A stretch of 64,000 nt of DNA from Octopus vulgaris (taxonomy: Eukaryota), in NCBI GenBank assembly GCA_951406725.2, contig OX597816.1, forward strand, positions 72,850,001 to 72,914,000. Direction: 5' to 3'. The notes below the pieces were generated by a model, which made no database searches, had not been told where the DNA came from, and was given only the letters and a program-made list of their open reading frames with translations. Positions 11,619 to 20,583 of this stretch are shown piece by piece (the first letter of the stretch is position 1; each line of letters begins with the position of its first letter). Both the position numbers and the translations under genes were made by a program.

Positions 11619-14600
11619 ATGAAGAAGAGAGGCAATCACTCACCCCAAACTGTCTCCGAGGTCTCGGAAGAGGACTGTCGACAGCGAATCGCTTCGACCG
11701 CAGAACAACGAAGTAGACAACAAGGGGATTCGGCGACAAACATACCTGAATGTACGAGAGTTTCGAATGCTTTGGGGGTTGTTTGTGAACCACACACAGT
11801 TTCAGAAATTGTAGAACACGTCGGTAGACCGCTGACACTTTCAGAGATCGCAGGGAAAAATGCCGACCCAATGACAGCTTCTGAAATAATAAGAAACACC
11901 CCTGGGCCTGTGACAATTTATCGGCTGATGGGGAAAGCATGTGATCGACAAAACTTTTCGGTGTGTGGAAGAGACTGTTGTCGGTCACTAACAATTTCGG
12001 ACATATCATGTGACTGTTGTGAACCTCTATGCTTTTCAGAATGCATGGAAAATAGTTGTCTGTCAATGTCTATTCCGGACACGTTATCAGGCTGTTGCGA
12101 ACCAGAATCAATATCAGATATAGGAGCTGATGCAAACCTGACATTTACAACATGCAGACACAAATGCCATACAATATTTACCGGTGAGATTACAAGATAT
12201 ATCGATCCAGGCACGGGAAGTGAGACTGCTCTACTGCAAGAAAAAGGTGCTTATTCACAATATATTGACAGAACACAAATGGAAACTGAAAGCAAAGATG
12301 TTAAGGCAAAAGAGGATGACACTGAAACAAATGGCGATAAAATTAAATCGCCCATAATAGTTGAAGTCACTGACTTTGAACAACAACAATTAGATAAAGA
12401 TTCTGCTATATCACCACAGATTGTTGAAATGCCAGATGAGACTGTTGCATTGGCACATGTAAAGGATATAACAGAAGAACCCCCAGTGGAAATAATAGAG
12501 CTCAAAGATGAAGAGGAGCCAGAAAGCGAACAGAGTGAAGCAAGGATAATTGATTCTGAAAAAGTAAGAACTGATTTGCAACTGCTGCTACAAAAGGATA
12601 CTACAGAAGAGTATAAAGCTGTAGCACCAACATCGACTGCGGAACATGACATACTATCATATCCGCCTACACCCATGTCATCTCCAGCTCTATCAAGAAC
12701 AGAACTCTATGAAGATGATATAGAACCTGCTCCTCCAGCGTATACAGAGGAAGTCAAAGAAGAACCTATACACCTAGAAGAGACCATTGAAATTACAGAA
12801 AAACCTGCTCCAGTATGCGCAATTCAAGTCCGAGAGCCAGAAATACTTGTAGTTGAAGTCACAGAAGGACCACCTTCGGAAACATCTATGAGCGAGACAG
12901 TTGAAGAGCCTGCTACAGAAATAGTTTTAACTGAGACGGTTGAAGAGCCTGCTGCGGAAATAGTTTTAACTGAGATCACTGAAGAGCCTATTACAGAAAT
13001 ATTTTTAGCTGAGATCACAGAAGGGCCTGCTGCAGACATAGTTTTAACTGAGATGGTTGAAGAGCCTGCTGCAGAAATAGTTTTAGCTGAGACGGTTGAA
13101 GAGCCTGCTGAGGAAATAGTTTTAACTGAGACGGTTGAAGAGCCTGCAGCGGAAATAGTTTTAACTGAGATCACAGAAGAGCCTGCTACAGAAATATTTT
13201 TAGCTGAGATCACAGAAGGGCCTGCTGCAGACATAGTTTTAACTAAGATCACAGAAGAGCCTGATGAGGAAATAGTTTTAACTGAGACGGTTGAAGAGCC
13301 TGCTGCGGAAATAGTTTTAACTGAGACGATTGAAGAGCCTGTTGCGGAAGTGTTCGTAGCTGAGGTCATCGAAGAGCCTCCTCTACCAGACATTGTAACT
13401 GAAGCCGTTAAAGAATTATCTTCACCAGAAATCATTCTTGAGACAGTAGAAGATATTACACCTGAGCCCGTTGAAGAGCCCGCTCCACCAGAAATTATTC
13501 CTGAAATAGAAGAGCCCGCTCCACCAGAAATTATTCCTGAAATAGAAGAGCCCGCTCCACCAGAAATTATTCCTGAAACAGAAGAGCCCGCTCCACCAGA
13601 AATTATTCCTGAAACAGAAGAGCCCGCCCCACCAGAAATACTTGAGGTTGTTGAAGTTCCACCTTCACTAGAAATTATTCCCGAGACAGTGGAAGAGCCA
13701 TCCATTGAAGAAATTACACCTGAGGTCGTTGAAGAGACCGCTCCACCAGAAATTATTATTGAGACAGTGGAAGAACATACTCCAACAGAAATTATACCTG
13801 AAGTCGTTGAAGAGCCAGAATTTGTACTCCGGAAAGAGATGGTTTTGCCTGTATCTGTAGTTGAGGAGGAAGAAAAGCCCACTCTACTAGAATCAGTACC
13901 TGAGGCCGTAGAAGAAACTGCTCCACCAGAATCTGTACCTGAGATTGTGGAAGAAGTGGTTCGAACAGACATTTTAGCCGAAACAGTGGAAGAACCCGCC
14001 CCACCAGAAATAATAATTGAAGCCGTAAAAGAACTTCCTCCACCAGAAATTATAGTTGAAGCCGTGCAAGAACCCGCCCAACCAGAAATAATAATTGAAG
14101 CCGTAAAAGAACTTCCTCCACCAGTAATTATACTTGAAGCTGTACAAGAACCCGCCCAACCAGAAATAATACTTGAAGCCATACAAGAGCCTGCTCCAAC
14201 AGTATTTACAGCGGAAATAAAAGAAGTACCTGCGCCACCGGTATACATAACTGAGGTCACAGAAGCTGTTGAGCCATTCGTATGTGTGGCTGAGGTTATG
14301 AGAGAGCCTATTTTCTCAGTATGTGACCCATGCGTATGTGTGACTGAGGTTAGGAAAGAGCCTGTTTGCTCAGTATGTGACCCATACGTATGTGTGACTG
14401 AGGTTAGGAAAAAGCCTGTTTGCTCAGTATGTGACCCATGCGTGTGTGTGACTGAGGTTAGGAAAGAACATGTTTGCTCAGTATGTGAGCCATGCGCATG
14501 TGTGGCTGGGGTTATGGAAGAGCCTGTTTGCTCAGTATGTGAGCCATGCGCATGTGTGGCTGAGGTTATGGAAGAGCCTGCTCGCTCAGTATGTATAGCT

Positions 14601-15047
14601 CAGGTCGTTGAAGGGCCTCCTCTATCCGTGTGTATTGATCAGGTGAAAGAACCTCTTCCGAAGGTAATACAGATAACAGAAAACTTGACTCCACCACCAC
14701 CAACAACATTTGAACTAAGTGAAGACTCTCATTCATCAGTTGTGGTTTATGATAGTGACGATGAATTTGAAATACTTATAACAATCACTGGACTCACCCA
14801 TTACTGTTGTCTACAAAACTTTAATATTGAGATCTCAGAAGAAATTGACACACCATTATGCAGAGTAGAGTTCGCAGATTGTACTGGTAAGTCAGTTAGA
14901 TCTTATGACATCATGGAAACAACTATGACACCATGCACCTCCACTCAAATTATAAATACTTCTTGTCCATCTGTGTGTACACCTGGCTGCGTACGTTTCC
15001 CTACACATGTAACGCACCCTGTAAAAACAGTTTATATATACGAGTAA
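11619..15047 (+). CDS. Uncharacterised 1142-aa Glu/Pro/Ile/Val/Thr-rich tandem-repeat protein with Cys-rich N- and C-terminal regions
   Basis: 3.4-kb uninterrupted ORF free of microsatellites and SINEs; ATG in AATAATG context; repeat units are all multiples of 3 nt; AATAAA shortly after the stop; no transposon motifs; no evident signal peptide. Confidence 0.9.
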   Translation: MKKRGNHSPQTVSEVSEEDCRQRIASTAEQRSRQQGDSATNIPECTRVSNALGVVCEPHTVSEIVEHVGRPLTLSEIAGKNADPMTASEIIRNTPGPVTIYRLMGKACDRQNFSVCGRDCCRSLTISDISCDCCEPLCFSECMENSCLSMSIPDTLSGCCEPESISDIGADANLTFTTCRHKCHTIFTGEITRYIDPGTGSETALLQEKGAYSQYIDRTQMETESKDVKAKEDDTETNGDKIKSPIIVEVTDFEQQQLDKDSAISPQIVEMPDETVALAHVKDITEEPPVEIIELKDEEEPESEQSEARIIDSEKVRTDLQLLLQKDTTEEYKAVAPTSTAEHDILSYPPTPMSSPALSRTELYEDDIEPAPPAYTEEVKEEPIHLEETIEITEKPAPVCAIQVREPEILVVEVTEGPPSETSMSETVEEPATEIVLTETVEEPAAEIVLTEITEEPITEIFLAEITEGPAADIVLTEMVEEPAAEIVLAETVEEPAEEIVLTETVEEPAAEIVLTEITEEPATEIFLAEITEGPAADIVLTKITEEPDEEIVLTETVEEPAAEIVLTETIEEPVAEVFVAEVIEEPPLPDIVTEAVKELSSPEIILETVEDITPEPVEEPAPPEIIPEIEEPAPPEIIPEIEEPAPPEIIPETEEPAPPEIIPETEEPAPPEILEVVEVPPSLEIIPETVEEPSIEEITPEVVEETAPPEIIIETVEEHTPTEIIPEVVEEPEFVLRKEMVLPVSVVEEEEKPTLLESVPEAVEETAPPESVPEIVEEVVRTDILAETVEEPAPPEIIIEAVKELPPPEIIVEAVQEPAQPEIIIEAVKELPPPVIILEAVQEPAQPEIILEAIQEPAPTVFTAEIKEVPAPPVYITEVTEAVEPFVCVAEVMREPIFSVCDPCVCVTEVRKEPVCSVCDPYVCVTEVRKKPVCSVCDPCVCVTEVRKEHVCSVCEPCACVAGVMEEPVCSVCEPCACVAEVMEEPARSVCIAQVVEGPPLSVCIDQVKEPLPKVIQITENLTPPPPTTFELSEDSHSSVVVYDSDDEFEILITITGLTHYCCLQNFNIEISEEIDTPLCRVEFADCTGKSVRSYDIMETTMTPCTSTQIINTSCPSVCTPGCVRFPTHVTHPVKTVYIYE
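12893..13370 (+). repeat. Coding 39-bp tandem repeat, ~12 copies (ETVEEPAAEIVLT)
   Basis: Read from both DNA and translation. Confidence 0.95.
13473..13645 (+). repeat. Coding 36-bp tandem repeat, ~5 copies (EEPAPPEIIPE[I/T])
   Basis: gaagagcccgctccaccagaaattattcctgaaa(t/c)a repeated. Confidence 0.95.
14274..14595 (+). repeat. Coding 54-bp Cys-rich tandem repeat, ~6 copies (PCVCVTEVRKEPVCSVCD)
   Basis: Unit starts at 14328, 14382, 14436 etc. Confidence 0.95.
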
Positions 15048-15105
15048 GGTGAGAAAGTATTGCGCTCGTGTAAGCCCACAAATGGATCTCCAAGTCTGAG
15101 CAAAT

Positions 15106-15111
15106 AATAAA
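15106..15111 (+). promoter_or_regulatory. Putative polyadenylation signal
   Basis: AATAAA ~60 nt after the stop codon, followed by G/T-rich tttggtttgattgt. Confidence 0.6.
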
Positions 15112-15194
15112 TATATTTGGTTTGATTGTAAATGTCTGTTAGTTTCAATTCTTTTAAGCGTGCGATATATGAAAAATGGTTTGTTTTCTTACCT

Positions 15195-15427
15195 TTTACT
15201 AGTTTTAGTCCTGTGACTGCACTGCGGCCGTACTGGGTGGCAATATGAACAAATTGAACCCAGTACATGGGGATTTTAATATCTAGAGCATTATTCTATC
15301 GGTTTCTTTTGCCGAGCCACTGCTAAGTTACATGAACGGAAACAAAACAGCACTAGTTGTCAGTCAGTGAGGAGACACATAAAGACACAAAAACACGCAC
15401 ACACATGCCCACACAAATACATAGACG

Positions 15428-15459
<32 letters not shown>

Positions 15460-15590
15460 GATACGACTGGCTTCAATACAGTTTCCGTCAACCAAATTCA
15501 TTTGCAAAGCATTGGTCTTCCCGGGATTGCAGTGTAAGGCACTCGCCCAAGGTACTGCATAGAGGGACTGAAACCGAAACCACGTGGTTA
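15195..15590 (-). mobile_element. SINE family B, diverged
   Basis: Similar to the other family B copies, with internal (CA)n. Confidence 0.7.
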
Positions 15591-15697
15591 ACGCATAAAG
15601 TGAAGTAAATGAAAGCAAATGTCGTAGACGATTAAGTAAATCATCCATTTTTAAAACTACAAAATAAAAATATTTTTAATATTTATAACAAAACAAA

Positions 15698-15935
15698 GGC
15701 GGCGAGCTGGCAGAAACATTAGCACGCCGGACAAAGTGCTTAGCGCTATTTCGTCTGTCTTTACGTTGAGAGTTCAAATTCCGCCGAGGTCGATTTTACC
15801 TTTCATCCTTTCGGACATTGCCTTTCATCCTTTCGGGGTCGATAAATTAAGTACCAGTTGAATACTGGGGTCGATCTAATCGACTGGCCCCTCTCCCCAA
15901 AAGATTTCGGGTCCTGTGCCTAGAATAGAAAAAGA
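15698..15935 (+). mobile_element. tRNA-derived SINE family A, full length, with target-site duplication
   Basis: Head ggcggcgagctggcagaa, B-box-like gagttcaaattcc; flanked by atatttataacaaa at 15679-15692 and 15941-15954. Confidence 0.85.
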
Positions 15936-16548
15936 AATATATATTTATAACAAACCCTGAACAGCAAGCGCTTCTCCAGATTAGAGTAGGTGGGTGAGTA
16001 ACTAGGTGAATTAGGGTTTGTAAGTATATATATATATATATAGGTATAAAAATTATATATAAAAAAACAAGAACGTGAACTACACAAAGGGACGAACATT
16101 TCATGTTCTTGTTTCTTTATATATAATTTTTATACCTATATTATTGCGGCGTACGTACACCCCGTTCCCTTATGTATGTTTATATATATATATATATATA
16201 TATGACAAATATGAAGTAATATATAATTAGGTGAAAGTTCTTTTACCGGTTGCGCATTTGTTATGCTTATCAAATATATGCTTATCAAAATATATATTTG
16301 ATAAGCATAACAAATGCGCAACCGGTAAAGAAACCTAATTAAATTACCTTCAATTATTTGTCAGCATTTCTTCATTTCCTTTTATATATCACCACTCGTG
16401 TTCGACATCTGCTATTACGATAGCCATTTGTAGCCCCAGGTGGCTACTGTAGTTTTAGATATCTCCTCCAGCTGGCTATAGACACACTATCTGTGTCCTC
16501 TCAGTATTTGTGAAGGGAAGTCATCCTCCCCGTCTTCAACTCATGATA

Positions 16549-16593
16549 CACACGAACTCGAGTTTCAAGGTGTTTACCTCTCATCAGCGTGTG
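16549..16593 (-). ncRNA. Minimal type I hammerhead ribozyme motif
   Basis: Minus strand: CACACG-CTGATGA-GAGGT-aaac-ACCTT-GAAA-CTCGAG-TT-CGTGTG; 6-bp stem I, stem II, palindromic stem III AACTCGAGTT. Confidence 0.8.
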
Positions 16594-16716
16594 ACAATCA
16601 TGGCTGTCGACGAGAAGTCAGATCCCTTCACAAATACATATACTTTTTCCATCGACACTGGAAAAAGTATATGTATTTGTGAAGGGAGCTGACTTCTCGT
16701 CGACAACCATGATTGT

Positions 16717-16761
16717 CACACGCTGATGAGAGGTAAACACCTTGAAAGTCGAGTTCGTGTG
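16717..16761 (+). ncRNA. Minimal type I hammerhead motif, mirror copy with a stem III mutation
   Basis: CACACG-CTGATGA-GAGGT-aaac-ACCTT-GAAA-GTCGAG-TT-CGTGTG. Confidence 0.7.
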
Positions 16762-17261
16762 TATCATGAGTTGAAGACGGGGAGGATGACTTCCCTTCAC
16801 AAATACTGAGAGGACACAGATAGTGTGTCTATAGCCAGCTGGAGGAGATATCTTCCTGGGGCTACAAACTACAGTAGCACCCACCCTTAGGGGTTAGCCA
16901 TATTCAAATGGCAAATATGCGTCACGATGTGTTACTGCTACTGTTTATAACTCGCTCTGAGATTTATCATTATATATATATAATTCACGGGGGGTCTAAA
17001 CGATTAGGTACGCTAGGTAAGTGCTGTAATGGATTACTGGTGCTCCATCGTTATAGCCAAGACTGTAGTTATGGAGCCAATGCAGATCTCTGATATAGCG
17101 GATACATAATTGTTAAAGAAGACAACAAACATTAAGGCATGGCAAACATCTCAAGTCGTATACATTATTATTATTGGAAAGAAAAGACTTTGAATCTTTT
17201 TACGAATAATGATAATGAATATGACTCGAGATGTTTGCCTTGCCTTATATATATATTTCTT

Positions 17262-17463
17262 TTATACGTTTCAGTCATTTGACTGCGGCGATGCTGGAGC
17301 ACCGCCTTTAGTCGAACGAATCGACCCCAAGACTTACTCTTTGTAAGCCTAGTACTTATTATATCAGACTCTTTTATCGAACCGCTAAGCAACGGTGACA
17401 TAAACACACCAGCATCGGTTGTCAAGCGATATATGTATGTAGATGTATGACACATATACATAT

Positions 17464-17494
<31 letters not shown>

Positions 17495-17688
17495 CAGACA
17501 CATATACATACACATACATATATATATATATATACAAACGGGCATCTTTCAGTTTCCGTCTACCAAATCCACTTACAAGGTCGGCTCGAGGCTATGAGGC
17601 TATAGTAGAAGACACTTGCCCACGTCTCCACGCAGTGAGACTGAACCCGGAACCATGTGAATGGTAAACAAGCTACTTACCACACAGC

Positions 17689-17692
<4 letters not shown>
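17262..17692 (-). mobile_element. SINE family B
   Basis: Head, internal microsatellite and tail all present on the minus strand. Confidence 0.85.
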
Positions 17693-17737
<45 letters not shown>

Positions 17738-17767
17738 TACAAACATACATACATATATATATATATA

Positions 17768-17945
17768 TAACAAAAGACGAGGACAGGTGGTGTACAAAAC
17801 AAACAAATATATTAGTATAACGCTTAGGAATAGTAAAAGTCTTTTACGTTTCGAGCCTACGCTCTTCTACAGAAAGGGACACAGAAAAAGCAAGGAGAGA
17901 AACAAGGAGAGAAAATGTGTGTAGTGGCTAACAATCTATCATGGC
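17768..17945 (-). mobile_element. PLE-like pseudo-LTR with hammerhead variant (17841-17876)
   Basis: Minus strand: CTTT-CTGTAGA-A-GAGC-gtag-GCTC-GAAA-CG-TA-AAAG. Confidence 0.7.
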
Positions 17946-17979
17946 ATATATATATATAATATGTATATAAATGTTGAAA

Positions 17980-18180
17980 CGTTAGGCCCTACACAATTTT
18001 CTCTCTCCCTTTTTTTCTTTTCATTCTCTCTCCTTATCTGTTCTCTTAATCCTTTCTGTCGAAGCTCTTAGCCTCGAAACGTAAAAGACTTTTCCATTCT
18101 ACCCGATCATTAAACTAATACACCTGCTTGTTTTTCCTACACCTGTCTTCGTCTTTTGTTTTCTGTATATTGAACTATGT
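17980..18180 (+). mobile_element. PLE-like pseudo-LTR, inverted partner of 17768-17945, with degenerate hammerhead (18052-18087)
   Basis: cttt-CTGTCGA-agctcttagcctc-GAAACGTA-aaag; same family as 20363-20548. Confidence 0.65.
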
Positions 18181-18186
18181 ATATTA

Positions 18187-18474
18187 GGCGCAGTCTTGGT
18201 TGTATGGTAAAAAGATTGCCTCCTAATCACATGTTCCAGGTTCACTCCTAGTCCGTGACACCTTGGGTAAGTGTCTTCTGCTATAACCTCGGTCCGACCA
18301 AAGCCTTGTAAGCGGATTTGGAATGTATGTATGTATGTATGTATGTATGTATGTATGTATGTATGTATGTATGTATGTATGTATGTATGGTTGTATGTAT
18401 GGTTGGAATTTACAAACAGAAAAACTAAACAAAAGCATCGTGAGTGAATTTGGTAGACGGAAACTGAGAGAATC

Positions 18475-18480
<6 letters not shown>
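18187..18480 (+). mobile_element. SINE family B 5' half, interrupted by (GTAT)n
   Basis: ggcgcagtc...ccaggttcactcc...ggtagacggaaactga. Confidence 0.7.
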
Positions 18481-18543
<63 letters not shown>

Positions 18544-19374
18544 TATTAGGGAATATTACTTCCGAGTACACAGGAAAAAGACATTCAAATTTGATGTACT
18601 AAAATGAACATCTCCCGATGTTTAATTCGTATATATAAAAGTAATTTTAGAGACAACCACCTTCAACTCAATGAACACTGAAAGATTTTTTACCCGACCA
18701 CTCCATAAAATGTTAAAAGTTAAATCTTACACTAACTATATCTATTCTGAATCCTGAGAACTACGTTAATGACATGCATGTCTGTGGAGTACTTAACCAC
18801 TTGCAAGTTAATTTTATCCTCGTGTGGTAATGAAAAGTGAAAGTGACATCCAATATTTGCAGTGTCGATGTATCTATGTATCAACTTTGTATCTACTGTC
18901 TCTCCCACTTTCTCTCTTACTCTTTCACTTCCTCTGTGTATCTCCTCTCTCCCGCTTTTAATTTAACAATGTGTGTATGTATTTACGAATCTATTTTCTT
19001 GCAATGTGATAAACATTTAAAAACATAAAACGAACACCGTCACCACTCACTGTCTCTTTCACACTCTCTTTCTCACTCACACTCTCTTTCTCTCTCACTA
19101 TCGCTCTTCCTCTATTACTTCCTCTCTGTCCTCTTCTCTCTCGCTTTACCACTCACTTTTTGGAAGAGTGACACAGATGCCAAGTACGTACAAAAAGAAC
19201 AAATTGGTATATTAATATTATTGATGTTATGAGTTCAAATTCCGCTGAGGTCGACTTTGCCATTCCTCCTTTCGGGGTCGATGAATTAAGTACCAGTCGC
19301 GTACCAGGGTCAATGTAATCGACTGACCCCCGGCCAAAAAATTTCGGGCTTTGAGCCTAGAGCAGAAAAGAATA

Positions 19375-19425
<51 letters not shown>

Positions 19426-19762
19426 AGTTTGTTGGCACTGTTAGTTACGAGCAGATCTTCGAAAGCGATGAGAAGCCGAAAGGGTATGCTCTCACTTTCA
19501 GTGTTTTCAAATCCAAACCAAGGAGTTTCTGAGCTGATGATAGAAGTGTCGTGTTGACTAATCTTGAAACGTACGTTCTCAAATAACCTTTGCATTTGAT
19601 TTTTTGATGTCTTTACCCCCAAACTTTCGTGAGTTGAGTTAAGCAAACACTATATGAGAGAGATTTTCTTTAAGTATTAGAAATAGCTTTAAAAAAGTTT
19701 TTTAGCTGCTATTTCTAATGAGTTCAGTATGCGGCAAAGTAATTTATTTTACTAAGCCCTTT

Positions 19763-19836
<74 letters not shown>

Positions 19837-20049
19837 TATCATATTAAGGGACAAAGGGTAAAAAAAACGACCTATCTCCAATATGCTTGATAATGCCGAG
19901 AGATTCAGATACGACCGAGGTAGTATCTGAATGCCTCGGCATTTTCAAGCATGTTGGAGATAAGTCATCTTCTTTCTCACTTACTCCCTTAATATAATTA
20001 TGTACATATATATCTAATTATTAATTTAATATATATATATATATACAAG

Positions 20050-20345
20050 ATATTGTGATAGCCTGGGCTTCAGAGGCCCACGGCTCTTCAATATCCTCCC
20101 GAAGAACCTGAGGGACCTGCATGGTGTGGATGCGGATGTCTTTAAAGTAGGACTGGATCTCTTCCTGTCAGGTGTCCCGGATGAACCAACTTCACGGCAG
20201 GAGGCGCAGATGAGGGCAGCTGCATCGAACTCTCTCATGCATCAGATGGCATTTGCTAAAAAGCATCCGTGAGGTAAAACCGTGTAGCAAACCAAATGGC
20301 GGTGCCCCAGCATGGCCACAGCTCATTAGCTGAAACTGGAAAATC
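20050..20345 (+). mobile_element. CR1-like LINE 3' end
   Basis: Translates CDSLGFRGPRLFNILPKNLRDLHGVDADVFKVGLDLFLSGVPDEP...AAASNSLMHQM; the 3'UTR ends ggcggtgccccagcatggccacag. Confidence 0.8.
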
Positions 20346-20362
20346 AAAATCATCAAAATCAT

Positions 20363-20546
20363 ATCGTTAGCCCCTACACGCAATTTTTTCTCTCCTTGTT
20401 TCTTTTCTGTGTATCTTTCTGTCGAAGAGCGTAGGCTCGAAACGTAAAAGACTTGTTTTATTTCTATTCCTGAGCGCCATACTAATACATTGTTTGTTTG
20501 TACTCCACCTGCCTTCGTCTTTTGTTTATTTTCGTAAACCTTCCCG

Positions 20547-20548
<2 letters not shown>
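20363..20548 (+). mobile_element. PLE-like pseudo-LTR carrying a hammerhead
   Basis: Same family as 17768-18180; ends at (TA)n. Confidence 0.7.
20414..20451 (+). ncRNA. Minimal type I hammerhead motif, CUGUCGA core variant
   Basis: TCTTT-CTGTCGA-A-GAGC-gtag-GCTC-GAAA-CG-TA-AAAGA; stems I and II are perfectly complementary. Confidence 0.65.

Positions 20549-20583
<35 letters not shown>

Larger units (their letters stand above)
16457..16853. repeat. Near-perfect palindrome: 195-bp arms, 7-nt loop (16652-16658)
   Basis: The arms are reverse complements with only a few mismatches. Confidence 0.97.

Noticed and set aside
12824-14260. 478-aa antisense ORF (Ser/Gly/Thr/Ile-rich)
   Set aside because: Shadow of the repetitive sense ORF, whose codon usage rarely creates stops on the opposite strand.
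12893-14595. CRISPR-like regular repeats
   Set aside because: In-frame coding tandem repeats without unique spacers, in eukaryotic DNA with no cas genes.
16510-16884. Near-identical short ORFs on opposite strands
   Set aside because: A consequence of the palindrome; no protein features.
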